64,000 nucleotides of DNA, taken from assembly GCF_021028975.2 (NCBI RefSeq), contig NC_059436.1:22382001-22446000 (forward strand), read 5' to 3'. Numbering within the stretch: position 1 is the first letter of the stretch; every line of letters begins with the position of its first letter. The translations under genes were made by a program, and so were the position numbers. A model generated the notes under the pieces. It saw only the letters and a list, made by a program, of their open reading frames with translations. It searched no databases and had not been told where the DNA came from. The stretch comes from Sphaerodactylus townsendi. Lineage: Eukaryota. Below, piece after piece: positions 26,473-38,900 of this stretch.

Positions 26473-26759
26473 GAGAGCCAGCGTGGTGTAGTGGTTAAGA
26501 GCAGGTGGATTCTAATCTGAAGAACCGGGTTTGATTCCCCACTCCTCCACCTGAGTGGCAGAGGCTTATCTGGTGAACCAGATGTGTTTCCGCACTCCTG
26601 CATTCCTGCTGGGTGACCTTGGGCTAGTCACAGTTCTTCGGAACTCTCTCAGCCCCTGTTGTGGTGTCTGTTGTGGGGAGAGGAAGGGAAAGGAGCTTGT
26701 CAGCCCCTTTGAGTCTCCTTACAAGAGAGAAAGGTGGGGTATAAACCCAAACTCTTCTT
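26473..26759 (+). mobile_element. tRNA-derived SINE (Squam3-like), young, inserted into an older SINE
   Basis: Near-identical to 55896-56240; older SINE halves flank it at ~26433-26470 and 26760-26900. Confidence 0.85.
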
Positions 26760-29176
26760 GCAATCTGAGGGACCCAGGTTGAGATCATTGTGCTGCCATG
26801 GATGCTTTCTGGGTGACTTAGGCCCAGTCACACACACAGGGTTGTTGGGAACATAACGGAGGAGGAGAATTACGTAAGCCACTTTTGGGCCTTATTGGGA
26901 AGAATCTAGTTCTGCAAATAGTGCTAGTCTCACTGAAAAAAAAAAGGCGGGGCTCTTGGGCTTGCCATAGGCTTAATATGTTTTCAATCTAAGCCCGGCT
27001 TTTAAAATAATAGTTTAATAACCTGATCTTTTCATAGGAACCTAAGTTAAAATCTGTGGTGAAAATCAGGGGCTCCATTGAGAGACTCTACAAATTGAAC
27101 AACCTTTTCTTTGGGCAAAGGCTGTCATGGGGAGTGTCTTGATTTGCAGCTACCCCCGACCCCCAAATCTCTCACCTTTTACTGATTAGCCTCTTGTTTG
27201 GCTGCTTATTCTGAAGTGGGAGATCTTGCAATGTGGCCGTCTGTTTTGATGATGAAAGTTCAGACTGATTCATATTGTGGGCTCCCACTTGTAAAGTGAA
27301 TCAGCTGGCAGGCTGATCCTCTTACGAAATGCCCATTCTGTTATGAAGCGGCTGACTTCCCCGTCTGCAGTGCGAGGCCGTTCTGCCACCGAGGGTGAGC
27401 AACCAGGCGGCTTGTGAGTCATAGGGAGAGCGGGGCCCTGCTTGCAATAAGGAAGCACTTTCACCGCAGGGAAACTCCTGAGTGCAAAGCATTTACATTG
27501 AATGCCATTGTTGATGTTTCAAGTGTCTCTCTCGTCTTCGGTCGGCTTGTGTCGCAGCATGATGGTTTGAGTGGGGGCTGCGTTGGAATGCAGTGGAGCA
27601 TGTGTGAAAAGTCCAGAGTTAAAGGAATTCTTGCAGGCTGGGCGAGGGAAGTCGGTCAACCAAGATGACACAGAATCTGCCATAGGTGGCCAGGACTCAG
27701 TGGGATAATGATCTGCTTTAATAAACAGAGATTCCTTCCATAAGTGTGTGGCAGTTTTGGCCACTCGTATCTGTTTGCTTTGTGGCAAACTTCAGTGATG
27801 ACTGAGAAGTGTGGCGAGGCTGTGGCTCTGGTAGAGCATCAGCTGAAGGCCCAAGGTTCAATCCCTGCCATCTCCAGTTAAAAGAACCAGGAAGCAGGTG
27901 ATGTAAAAGATCTTCTTGTATCCCAGGAGAGCCAGTCTGAATAGACAATACTGACTTTGATGGACCAAGGGCCAGATTCAGTATTAGTGGCTTCATGTAC
28001 AGACCTGGATTCAAATCTCCAAGAAATGAAACTGGAATGTGACTAGTCTGCTGCCAAAGACAACTTTTCCCTTTCGTTCTGCGTGTCCCACAACACAGAA
28101 TGATTCCTATCATATGCGTGACGGAATGCAAACCTCACGTGGCTGTCCCATAGTTACACACTGCTGCATGCAGCTTCTAGATGCAACAAGGCCCTCTTCG
28201 CTTACAATGTTTTCCTAAGCATTAACCTAAAGTCATGCACAAAGCCGGTGTCTGAAATATGTATGTCATACAAGCATTCTCAGTAATGTTGACCTCAACT
28301 CCCTGTTGAGCAGGAAGATGGTGGTCAACTTGCTGTAAAACACCAGATGTTTGTATTTCACCTTCTGAATATCTTAATTTCCCCCTAAGCAGTTTGTTCC
28401 TTTGTGCCGAAAGACTGGGAGGGACCTTAAAGGCATTACAAGATTTCTTTGTGGGAGCTCTGTCTGTGTATTACTTTGGACATCTTGGGAAGGGAGTCCT
28501 TGTTCCATAGGCAAAGCTGTACCAGTGCGAAGAAACTTTGCTAATATTTCATTTTCTGCTGTTTCCCCCAAAATGTAACTCTTGGAAGTCTGTGGGTCTT
28601 TGAAAGATGTATGCAGGAGGGGCAGGAAGAGAAAAATCTGTGAAATGGAGTCCCTCTCAGGCATGCGGAGGACCTCAGATGCCAGCCTATTGCTTATGTT
28701 TTCTAAGATACTTTCACAATCAGAATGAACTACTGCAATGGAAGGAATCTCTGGTCTTAGTATTTTGAGTCCATCCTAGAGACTCCTTTAACCATTAGCA
28801 ACATATAGGAAATTGCAGGACATCAGGACGATCACAGGAGATACACTGATTGTTTTCTTTTGCATGTCATCTGTGTGAGTGGTGTGTACTCCCAATATGT
28901 CCAGACATATTTTAAAAAGAAGACAAATGTTGTGAATTTGGGGAAACTGTTGTGCGTTTTGGGAAAACAGAAATACTGTCAATTTCTTTACCTCGTCCTC
29001 CAGTTACAGTACCTATACCATAATGGAAAGATCAAAATACAGTTTCTGTTTCATAAAGTACTGTAAGATGATCATATTGCTATAAGTGAAAGTTCTTGCC
29101 TTTTAATTACAAGAACAACTTTCATTTTGCTGGTGAGATTTGTTCAGGTATTACTCAGTGTCTCATGTTCTTTGAA

Positions 29177-29410
29177 GAGCCAGTGTGGTGTAGTGGTTAA
29201 GAGCAGGTGCACTCTAATCTAGGGAACCAGGTTTGATTCCCTGCTCTGCCACTTGAGCTGTGGAGGCTTACCTGGTGAATCAGATTAGCTTGTGCACTCC
29301 AACACATGCCAGGTTGTAAGGGGGGAACGGAAAGGAGATTGTAAGCCCCTCTGAGTCTCCCACAGGAGAGAAAGGGGGGATATAAATCCAAAACTCTTCG
29401 TTTTCTTCTC
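29177..29410 (+). mobile_element. tRNA-derived SINE (Squam3-like) with internal deletion
   Basis: Head and tail match the family. Confidence 0.8.
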
Positions 29411-29938
29411 TGTTTTTTTTCTTGTGGTTTTTTCCTTATTTGCATAACAGTAATGTGGTTCAGAATTGTGGCTTTTCAGCAATAAGACATTTTTCTCACA
29501 TGCTGCCCTAACTCAGGTTGTGCTAGTGGCATCACTGCCTTGTTTGCATTTGTTAAAGAAGGACAGAGGAACAGAAGGACTGAGAAAAACCAGGGAGTTT
29601 CGGAGGCAATACCGGTAACAAAAAATGAACAGGTAAAGGTTCAAGGTCGCTGCTTTTGTCTTTTCTCTGTTGCAGAACACACTTGACACAAACCACGCCT
29701 CTTTTTCCTTCTCATTCAGCAAGTCTTTATTGGCATATAGACCAAGCCCCTTTTGCCATTTTTAATCAATCTTTTTTAAAAAAATCTCAATCTATCAGAT
29801 AAATGGAGATACCTTATTAGTTTTGTGCAGTTTTGTGCAGATTTTGCAGATTTTAATTTGCCTGTTAATGACACATTTCCCTCCACAGAGACACAGACCT
29901 AAGTGCAACAAGCCGTTTCTTGGCCTTGGTGAACAGTG

Positions 29939-32900
29939 CTAGTCTGGGGAAGGGTACAGCTTGGTGGTCTCATCCACTTCATCTTGGAGAAGTACCTCCT
30001 TCATGATTAGTCTCCTGGTGTGGTTGCCCTCACCTGGATCAAAGGCCAGGAAGTAACCCCGTTGCAGCGTGGACTCAAATTTGAAGAATTTGTTGTCGCC
30101 TTCTGAAAATGGGATTTGAAAGAAGATGATTTCGCTTCTGTCTCCTGAAATGGTTTCTGGGATGGTCCTTTCCTGAAATGGAGAGAAGGCGCTTCTGCTT
30201 AGCCGATTTGGAAGGGAAGGGAAGGAAATTGGAAACCCTGCATTTCTGGAAGCAGACCAAAGAGATTGCTCAGCTTCCCAGGGCAGCAATATTCCCCTGG
30301 TGACTGGAGGGGCTCTTAATGCTTGAAACAAACCTGTGCCCCTGCAAGTTACACTCTTAGTCGGAGAGAGATTCAAGCAACAGTTTCTTGCCCACCCATG
30401 GTCCCTATATACCTACATAGGAAGTGAAATGGGATAACCAAGTATTTGCAGGCAAATCCCTGTGGCTCATTCCGCACTTGCAGAATAATGCACTTTCCAA
30501 CTGCTTTCAGTGCTCTTTGAAGCTGTGCGGAATAGCAAAATCCACTTGCAAACAGTTGTGAAGGTGGTTTGAAAACGCATTATTTTGCATGTGTGCGGAA
30601 GGGGCCTGTGATTATAGTGGGTGGGTGGGTGGGGTTGGGGGCTTTTCAAAGGTAACCTCACATGAGGCAATACAAAATGGATTTTTAACTGCCTTGGGTG
30701 CCAAAAGGCTTTGGCCAGTCCAGGTTCTGACCACAGGAGTGGCTCCGCCACAAATCACTGCGTTGGCCTGATATACAAACTGTCACAGTGTATTTCAGTT
30801 ATTTAAAGTTGTACTAAGCTTTTCTGAAAGAGCGGATGGGTGGTGGGAAATCAATCTGAAACAGCTGTCTCTTTGCAATATCAAAAGCAGATACTCGATC
30901 AAATTAGCAAGCACAGAGTTTATAACGAAAAAACTTTCATATGTTTTTGCGGGTTTCAATACAGAAATACAATTTAACAAAGGCAAGGGGGGCCTTAAAG
31001 TACCGTAGATGCCAAAGAGCAACCATTTACCTGAAACACCACCCGCAATTCTCCGTTTGCTTGTTTCTTAGCACACAAGAAGTGGGTTTTCTTATCCTTT
31101 CTTGTGGACAGGGCTACAGTCATCCCTCTGGGCACTGTGTCGTCATAACGGTGGATGGTGAACCTGATTCCAGACTCTGTGGGTGAAGGACAAGCAGACA
31201 GGTTTCTCTTTAAAAAACACTTTGTTTTTTAGCAGACAAGAACACACAGTTGCCCGAAATGGTGGGACTCTGTCCCTTTTAGAGTGAGGGAATTAGCGAG
31301 AACAGACGGCTGAGCTTTCCTCATTTAGTTCCTGCTATCAAAACCTGCCCATGTTCCCAGCCTGTCCTTTGGTATAAAAAGGGGTTGCTGTCAGAGGTCG
31401 GGTGGCCAACTCTGATTTGAGAAATTCCTGGAGGTTTGGGGTTGGAGCCTTGGGAGGGGAGGGACTTCAGCAAAGTGCCCGGGCATAGAGCCCACCCCTC
31501 CAAACCAGCCATTTTCCTCAGAAGAATTGACCTCTGTCATCTGGAGATCAGCTGGAATTCCAGGTCTCCATGTTCCACCTGGAGGTTGGTACCTGAGTCA
31601 TTAGTATTGGTGTTCAGTTCTCGTCACAACAGATATCTTTATTGCATACCAAGCAATCTGAAAAGGATTTCAGATTTCCATTGGGGGATTGAAAGAGAGA
31701 GTGAAGGTCTATATGACCTTTGGGATTAAATTATGGTCTGTGTTAGGCCAGTGGTGGCGAACCTATGGCACGGGTGCCAGAGGTGTCACTTAGAGTCCTC
31801 TCTATGGGCACGTGCAAACAGAGCCCCCCCCCCCCCCCGCCACACACACATCTAGGCTGGCTTGGGCCTCTGGGCTCGATTACTAGCATTAAACCTAAGA
31901 CCTAGTTTTGGGGAAGCAGTGTAGGTAGCGCTGTTAAAACCCACTGATTTTCATGCAAAGAACTAAAGCACAGTCCTTTACCTGGGAGTAAGCTCGGTTG
32001 CTGGCAATGGGGCTTGCTTCTGTGTAAACCCTCCTAGGGTCATGATTCACCCATTGGAAGAGTTGCATGGTTGCTTCAAAGCAAAGACAAGACTACCACC
32101 AAGCTTAATCCCAAGTAACGCATGCCTCGGAGCCAACCGTTTTTTCTAAACTAAAACCTCAGTATTCAGGTTAAATTGCCCTGTTGGCACTTTGTGATAA
32201 ATAAGTGGGTTTTGGGTTGCAATTTGGGCACTTGGTCTTGAAAAGGTTCACAATCAATGGGTTAGGCTGTGAGATAATGGGAGTGTGATGCGGGAACTGG
32301 GCATTACAATACAATATGTTTTTCATTAGGCATGTCCGTTGGGTATTACCATCAGCTGCTTGCAAGTAGCCTTGGATTTTGTTTATATTTTCTTCCCCGA
32401 CCTGACATAGGAGCATTTGTGGGGGGGGGGGGGGGGGTTGGGGGGGGGGATGTTACATTTCAGCACAGAATGGTAGGAGTCCCAACCACCTACATCTGAA
32501 GAAGAGTTTGGTGTCTGTGAAAAGCTTGCTTCTAATGTGTTATTGGTTGATTCAATAAAGATGTTCTTAAGAGTTGTAAAATACTCTAAGAATGTCTAGT
32601 TCAGTTCCCTCTTCCAATTGACAAAGAAGTATTTTTCTCACAAGCATGAAACTTGGAGAACAAAGGTTGGGGTGACAGAGAGAGAGAGAGAGGGAGAGAG
32701 AGAGAGAGAGTTCATGGGTGACTGACTCTAGGTAAAATCAGGAATTCGGGGAGATGTGAACAATTACTATACCATCATTCTTGTCCTTGTCTGTCATATG
32801 TTCAAATACTGCCATTTGATTTTCTGGACTTCCCAGCTTCACTATGAGGATGTAATTCTCTACGTTTCGGAAGATTTGCAGATCTGAACACTGTTTAGAT

Positions 32901-35900
32901 CTTCTCCAGCTATCAGGTTCTAGACCTTTGAAACAGGTATATGAAGTAGTGCATTAGAAAGAGGGTTGATAGACAGGGCTCTTAAACTGTTCTTCCAGAA
33001 AATAATAATGCATTCCCCCACCCAACAGCCCAGGGATTACGAATTCATTCAGAAGTGACCACTATGAAGCATGATAACATCCTGGCCCTTGAATTTCAGT
33101 ACAAGTTGAAGAATCAACTTTTTTTTCATGCTGGTGCACTCTTTAATTAATCATGGAAGTTCTGTGTAGCCTACTTTTGATGTTTACAATCTCTCTTGTG
33201 GAATTTGGGCTAGCTATTGTTAGAGTACCTCCATGCAAAATTGGATCTGAACTGAAATTATTCTCACTTTTCCACTTTTGTTTTCATATATCTTTTTCCT
33301 TTGACAATCTGTCTCTGTTGTCCCGTGTGACTATATTTATGTTTGGTGACATCACGATGTCCATGAGCAGCAGCATGACACCCCCATGCCTACTGCATGG
33401 AATTCAACTGAATGGGCTGTCTCATATGGCCTTATTTGATGAAGTAGCAGCTGAATACACAGCAGGAAGGACATGGTGCAAGATACGTAAAAACTGATTG
33501 GGGTGCTGCGTGGTTTCCGGACTGTATGGCTGTGTTCTAGCAGCATTCTCTCCTGACGTTTCGCCTGCATCTGTGGCTGGCATCTTCAGAGGATCTGATA
33601 GTAGGAATGGAAAGCAAGTGGAGTATATATACTGTGGAGCTGATTAGTCACTGTCTTGATTCTAGAGTTTTTCACACAAACACAGGACAGCTATAGACAA
33701 TAGCAATCAAAGGGAACAAAGACCAGGATACTTCTATTCATTGCATTCACCTATTGACCTTGCTATCTTCATTGTTACTCACATGCTACAGACTTCTTTG
33801 TGACTCACATGCCAGGCTACTCTATTCAGATGGCCTCACCTTTTGGCCTCACAGTATATATACTCCACTTGCTTTCCATTCCTACTATCAGATCCTCTGA
33901 AGATGCCAGCCACAGATGCAGGCGAAACATCAGGAGAGAATGCTGCTAGAACACGGCCATACAGCCCGGAAACCACACAGCACCCAAGTGATTCCGGCCG
34001 TGAAAGCCTTCGACAATACAGTAAAACTGATTTTTCACAAAATTGGATTATTGCTCACCGTCATCATCTTTGTTAGGTCCCAGGTAATGGAAAGATGAGA
34101 AGAGGAAAGAGAAAGAGGTTAGAATGCATCCAGATCAAATACTATCTCCACTGCGTTCTGATCAACATCCCTCCAGCCCACACCATCACTGGCTTATTTA
34201 GGAATAAGCTGAAAGCTCACGACATGGGAATTGCACTTCCAACAGAAAGTGGCTGCTTCCTTAATGGATCTGCTTTCACTTTAAAAAGCCAAATAAAAAC
34301 AGTCTGCCGTCTTTTTTCAGTCTTCCAGATCGGAAGCCAACTGGCCAGGGCTACCTCTTCATTCCGCACTGCTCTGAGGTTGCCGCTCCTCCAGCCAGTT
34401 CATTGAGCCAGACGGTGGATCTTTCTAGCCCAGATACTTTTTTAAAAAATTAATAAAATAATATTGAAAAAAGTAGATCTGCCACTCAGTGGGGCTGATT
34501 TGCAGTGTGCAGACGCAGAAGCACAAGAAAGCAAAGTTGTTCTCTAATGGCTCAGGTACTAAGACCAGCAGCCTCAATTTGTCTGGCTGTGTTTCTAACC
34601 TGTATTGCCTTTCAGTTTTCCATGAGTGCCAGCGGGCACCATAAACCAGTTCCAAAAATTACCCCATCCTTTCATGCTTTCTCTGGGGCTGCAGGCCATA
34701 ATTCAGCACACAATTGCATGTGCTTAAATCAGGTGATTTCTTTAATTTCAGGCATTGACTTGGCTTGCAGCAGCCAGGACAGAGCTTAAAAAACACTTTT
34801 CAAATGAATTGGTCCCAGGCTTAATTTTAGGGTGGAGCTCCATCAGATTTTTAGGTGCTGGATTTGCTTAGGGCTACATAAAATGTTTGAATTCCTAAGC
34901 ACTAACATAAAATATCTAGGGACCAAGTTGGGCTATGTGCCCGGGCACTGTTCCAGCCCATTGTGCTGAGAGAGTGCCCGGTGCCAAGGGAGTGGCAGTG
35001 GCTGAATGGAGCCAAAATACCAGTGCATGGCCTGAATCATGAAACACAACACTAGTCCAAATCAGTTCGACGAGGGGTACCTTGAAAACAGAGTGTCCCA
35101 TCATCTTCAAAATACAGTGGAAACATGCGAATTGGGGCACCATTCTTCTTTGCTCTGTAACAAGGGAAATGAAAAGAATAGTTAGGACAAGGTAACAGCA
35201 TTGTATGCCCGACAGGACACTTATCTGCTCCATGATCAGGTACTTGATAGATAGTATGGGAATAGAATTTTTTTCAGGTGCCCTCTTGCCCTAAGCCACA
35301 AATGCATAGCATGGCAAGCCTTTATTGGCATAGACAACAGTACAACAATAATAAAAAAAGGATTAAAAAGCAGATACAATACAGGAAATAAATGTTAGGT
35401 CGAAGGAAATCTACTGGTGTTTAGTAATTTCCAGGAGAAAGTCTGCCACTATCATACAGAGAGAAGGATCCAACAAATAGTGTAATCTAATTAAATCGGG
35501 GAGATGGGCTAAATGTAAAGGAGTAAGATTCACATACTTGGATCTGATTCCCTTGAATCTGAGACAGTGTAGTAATTGGTGGGCCAGAGATTCAACTGAG
35601 CCATCGTTACATGGGGACAATCTTTTAGCCTTTTCTTGCTTATTAAATCTGCCATGTAACAAGGCAGAAGGCATAACATTAAACCAGGCGAGCATTATGG
35701 CTCTCCTTTGAACAGGGTTTATTAAGCAATACAGGTAGTGTGCCAAGTGGCCCCGTTCAAATGGGAGAGAAAAATACAGGGGGGAGCACGTTTTCTTGGC
35801 TGCAGTGATTAGGGTAGAGAACTCTCTATCCAATAGTTGACCTTTTAATTTCCTATAAGCGTCTGAATAGGACAAAGGGCAAAGTGAATTCACTGACAGT

Positions 35901-38900
35901 CGAGCCACAAATGCAAGAACCAGCACTCTGAATTGTGCCTGGAAACAGATGGGTAACCAGTGCAGATCTCTCAGCACAGGGGTGGCAGGATTCCTATGAC
36001 CAACCCCTAACAGTAGCCTGGTACCGCAGTTTGGACCAAAGGAAGTTTCTGAACCATTTTAAGATGACCTCTCCCAGCGGTTTCATGTTAAAAGCATAGA
36101 GGTAAGATGGAACCCTGCAGGACCCCACAGTGTAAATGTCATGGGGCCAAACAACAACCCTCTAGCACCACGTTCTGGAACTGGTGGGTCAAATAAAAGC
36201 GGAACCACCAAAGCATGGTGCCCCCCTATTCCCAGGTAGCCTGTTCTGAAGGATAACATAGCCAGTGGTATAAAAACGGGAATCAATAGGGATGCATTCT
36301 CCTAGCCTGTCACTTTTGGGGCAACCTAGGCTGTTTCCATCCCAAAGCGAGGCCTGAATCCAGACTGAAATGGATCTAAATAATCTGTCTCCTCCAAAAT
36401 CACCTGAAGCTATGTAACCATTGCCCCTTCAAGCACTCTTCCCAAGAACTGAGTATTTGTCACTGGGAAGTAGTTGCTTAGGTCATTAGGGTCTGAGAGA
36501 GAGCCCAGCCTGGCTTACTATCCATCCAAGCAGCCACAGAGCAGTAGACATAACTATTATAGAGGGGACAATGCCTGCATCATGGGGTGAGGGGGGGGGG
36601 CGCTCTTGAATCCAGCCTGCGGATGCACAGGTGGCATCTATAGAACTGACTGGCTTTTCCAATGGCTGGGGTACCACACTCTCCTGGCTATCTATTATTT
36701 TGAGCATTCTGACTTGCTTACAGTTAACCCCTTGTATGCAGCGCTGCCTCTGAAAGGTGTTCGGAAGTTCAGCTAGTTTGCAATATGCTAACCGGTTTGT
36801 TTAATGGCATAATGCGCAAGTTACACTAACAGATCCTCATAGTCTTCCACTGGCTTACCAGAAGAATTCAAAGCTGGCCATGACCTCTAAAACCCTAAAT
36901 GGTCTGTTATTAGGGGTGGTATTCATAGGAACGTTGTGTTTTATATGGCTCTGATTCTCATTTGAAGGACGGTGGCTCCAGGAATGAGGGTCCTCTTGCA
37001 TGGCACCCAAATGAGGCCGCTCTTTCCAAAAGGGACTTTTCCTTTTTATATTTTTAGTGCCAAGAAAAGACTGTTTCCCCTGCCACACATTTTTTCTTTA
37101 CTGGGTGTAAGTGTGGTGGAGCTTGTTTTACTTAATCTTCTGAGTGGAATTTGAATTGCTTTCCTCCAGCTGCTTTGTGACTTGATTTTTATTTTTGCCT
37201 GCTGCTCTGTTTCAGTCATATTCTTGTAGATTATCTGTGGCTTTTGTTGTTCTACATTTCTCTCTATAAAATGTTTTGACTGAATATTTTGTAGAAAGGT
37301 GCGAGAGGAGGACGTGAAATGAATGGAAGAACCCACATTGTGCTGTCCAAAAACTTTAGAGTGGGAAATCTGGTGACTGTGAGCATAAGTGCAGCTCATT
37401 CATCAGTGCATTCTGGGCAGAGTTCCTCCAGCCTAAGCCAGCTGAAGTGAATGGGCTTAGATTGGGGTGACTACGCAGGGCTGCCCTCTGCCATTCATTG
37501 TCTCAACAGTAGCTAGGAGACAATTCTAGGTCCCAAAGTTGCTGCTCAGCAGCACAGTGCCAAGAGGTTGCTGGAATCTGCATGTGCCCTCCCCCCTACT
37601 TCCCCCCCCCCCCCCCCGTAGTTTGCTAAATGGCCTCTGCTTCATGCTAAAGTTTCCAGTAAGAGTGACCACTCCCAAATACTTCAGTTGCTCTCTTTAA
37701 CAGCATGCAAAAATGCAAAAATATCCTGGCATGGAGGCAAAGAAAACTTTGCCTTAACCATTTCAGGCACTTATTAAAAGGAGAGCCTGACTGGAAAAAA
37801 ATGCTGGTAGCTGATATGAACTGCATGAAGTAGTAGTTACAGTGTTGGACTAATATCTGGGAAACACAGGTTTGAATCCCCTCTCTGCCATTAAAGCTCA
37901 TTAGGTGACGTTTGGCCACTTGCACAATCTCAGCCTAACCTACCTCACAGGGTTGTTGTGAGAATAAAATGGAAGAGCAAAGAATTATGTAAGCCAGTTT
38001 GGGTTCCCACTGGAGAGAAAGATGGCAAATAAATGAATACTCAATTAGATGCTTTTTGAATGCTATTGTGTGATATGTCATGGTCTGATCTACAAGAATT
38101 ACAAAGTGCTTAATAAAAATCAGATTAGGCCAGAGGATTAGGACTTTTTGTCTGATTCTGTCTAGTTATTTCATCCTGTGGACATCTGTGTTTTCAGAGT
38201 GTATCAGTTGTGCTAACCTCCCCCCCACACACACACACGGCAACTATTCTCTTGCTACTGCAGGGGCGTAATGCCCACTGGGCAAGGTGGGCAGCTGCCC
38301 AGGGCACCATCTGGAGACTGTCATGATGGCACCCCCAAGGTTTGGTGCAGTTTGGTTCAGGGGGGCCAAAGTTATGGACCCTCAAAATGGTAGCCCCCAT
38401 CTCCTTAGCAAAGAATGGGGGATGGGGCACCCCCTTTGAGGGTTCATAACTTTGGACCCCCTAAACCAAACTGCAGCAAACTTGGGGGGTCCCATCAGAC
38501 AGTTTCCAGATGATACCCTGAAATTTTGGTGCCGATACATCCAAAAATGCGCCCCCTGCAGGAACATCACAGAAATTTGCCCAAGAATCTTTGTTCTGCA
38601 TTGAGTTTTCTGTATTGCTGTCAATGGGGGTTGCAGGCTGGGGGGGGGGGCACATTTCTGAAGGCACAGTCTCAAAACTTTCAGGGTCTCATCAGAAGAC
38701 TGCCCTGATGAAACCCCCCAGGTTTGGTGCAGTTTGGTTCAGGGGGGCCAAATTTATGGACCCTCAAAACTGTAGCCCCCATCTTGAATGGGCTGATGGT
38801 ATGGCTGAGAATAAGGCTGCTTCCTTTGTCCATGTGAGTCACAGCAACTCCATCTAAAGGAAGTGTTCCATGCCAGAAACGAGGAGAGGTGGCAAACTTC

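Noticed and set aside
35411-35977. 188-aa ORF as a gene
   Set aside because: Chimera of an L2 fragment and a nested non-LTR 3' end, delimited by a 13-bp TSD.
36855-36885. ATG GCC AGC...TG|GTAAG as the IL18 first coding exon
   Set aside because: Splicing to 35154 creates TGA, and the sequence lies in an L2 remnant.
38261-38785. CRISPR-like or regulatory repeat array
   Set aside because: Eukaryotic DNA; units occur in mixed orientation within a transposon remnant.
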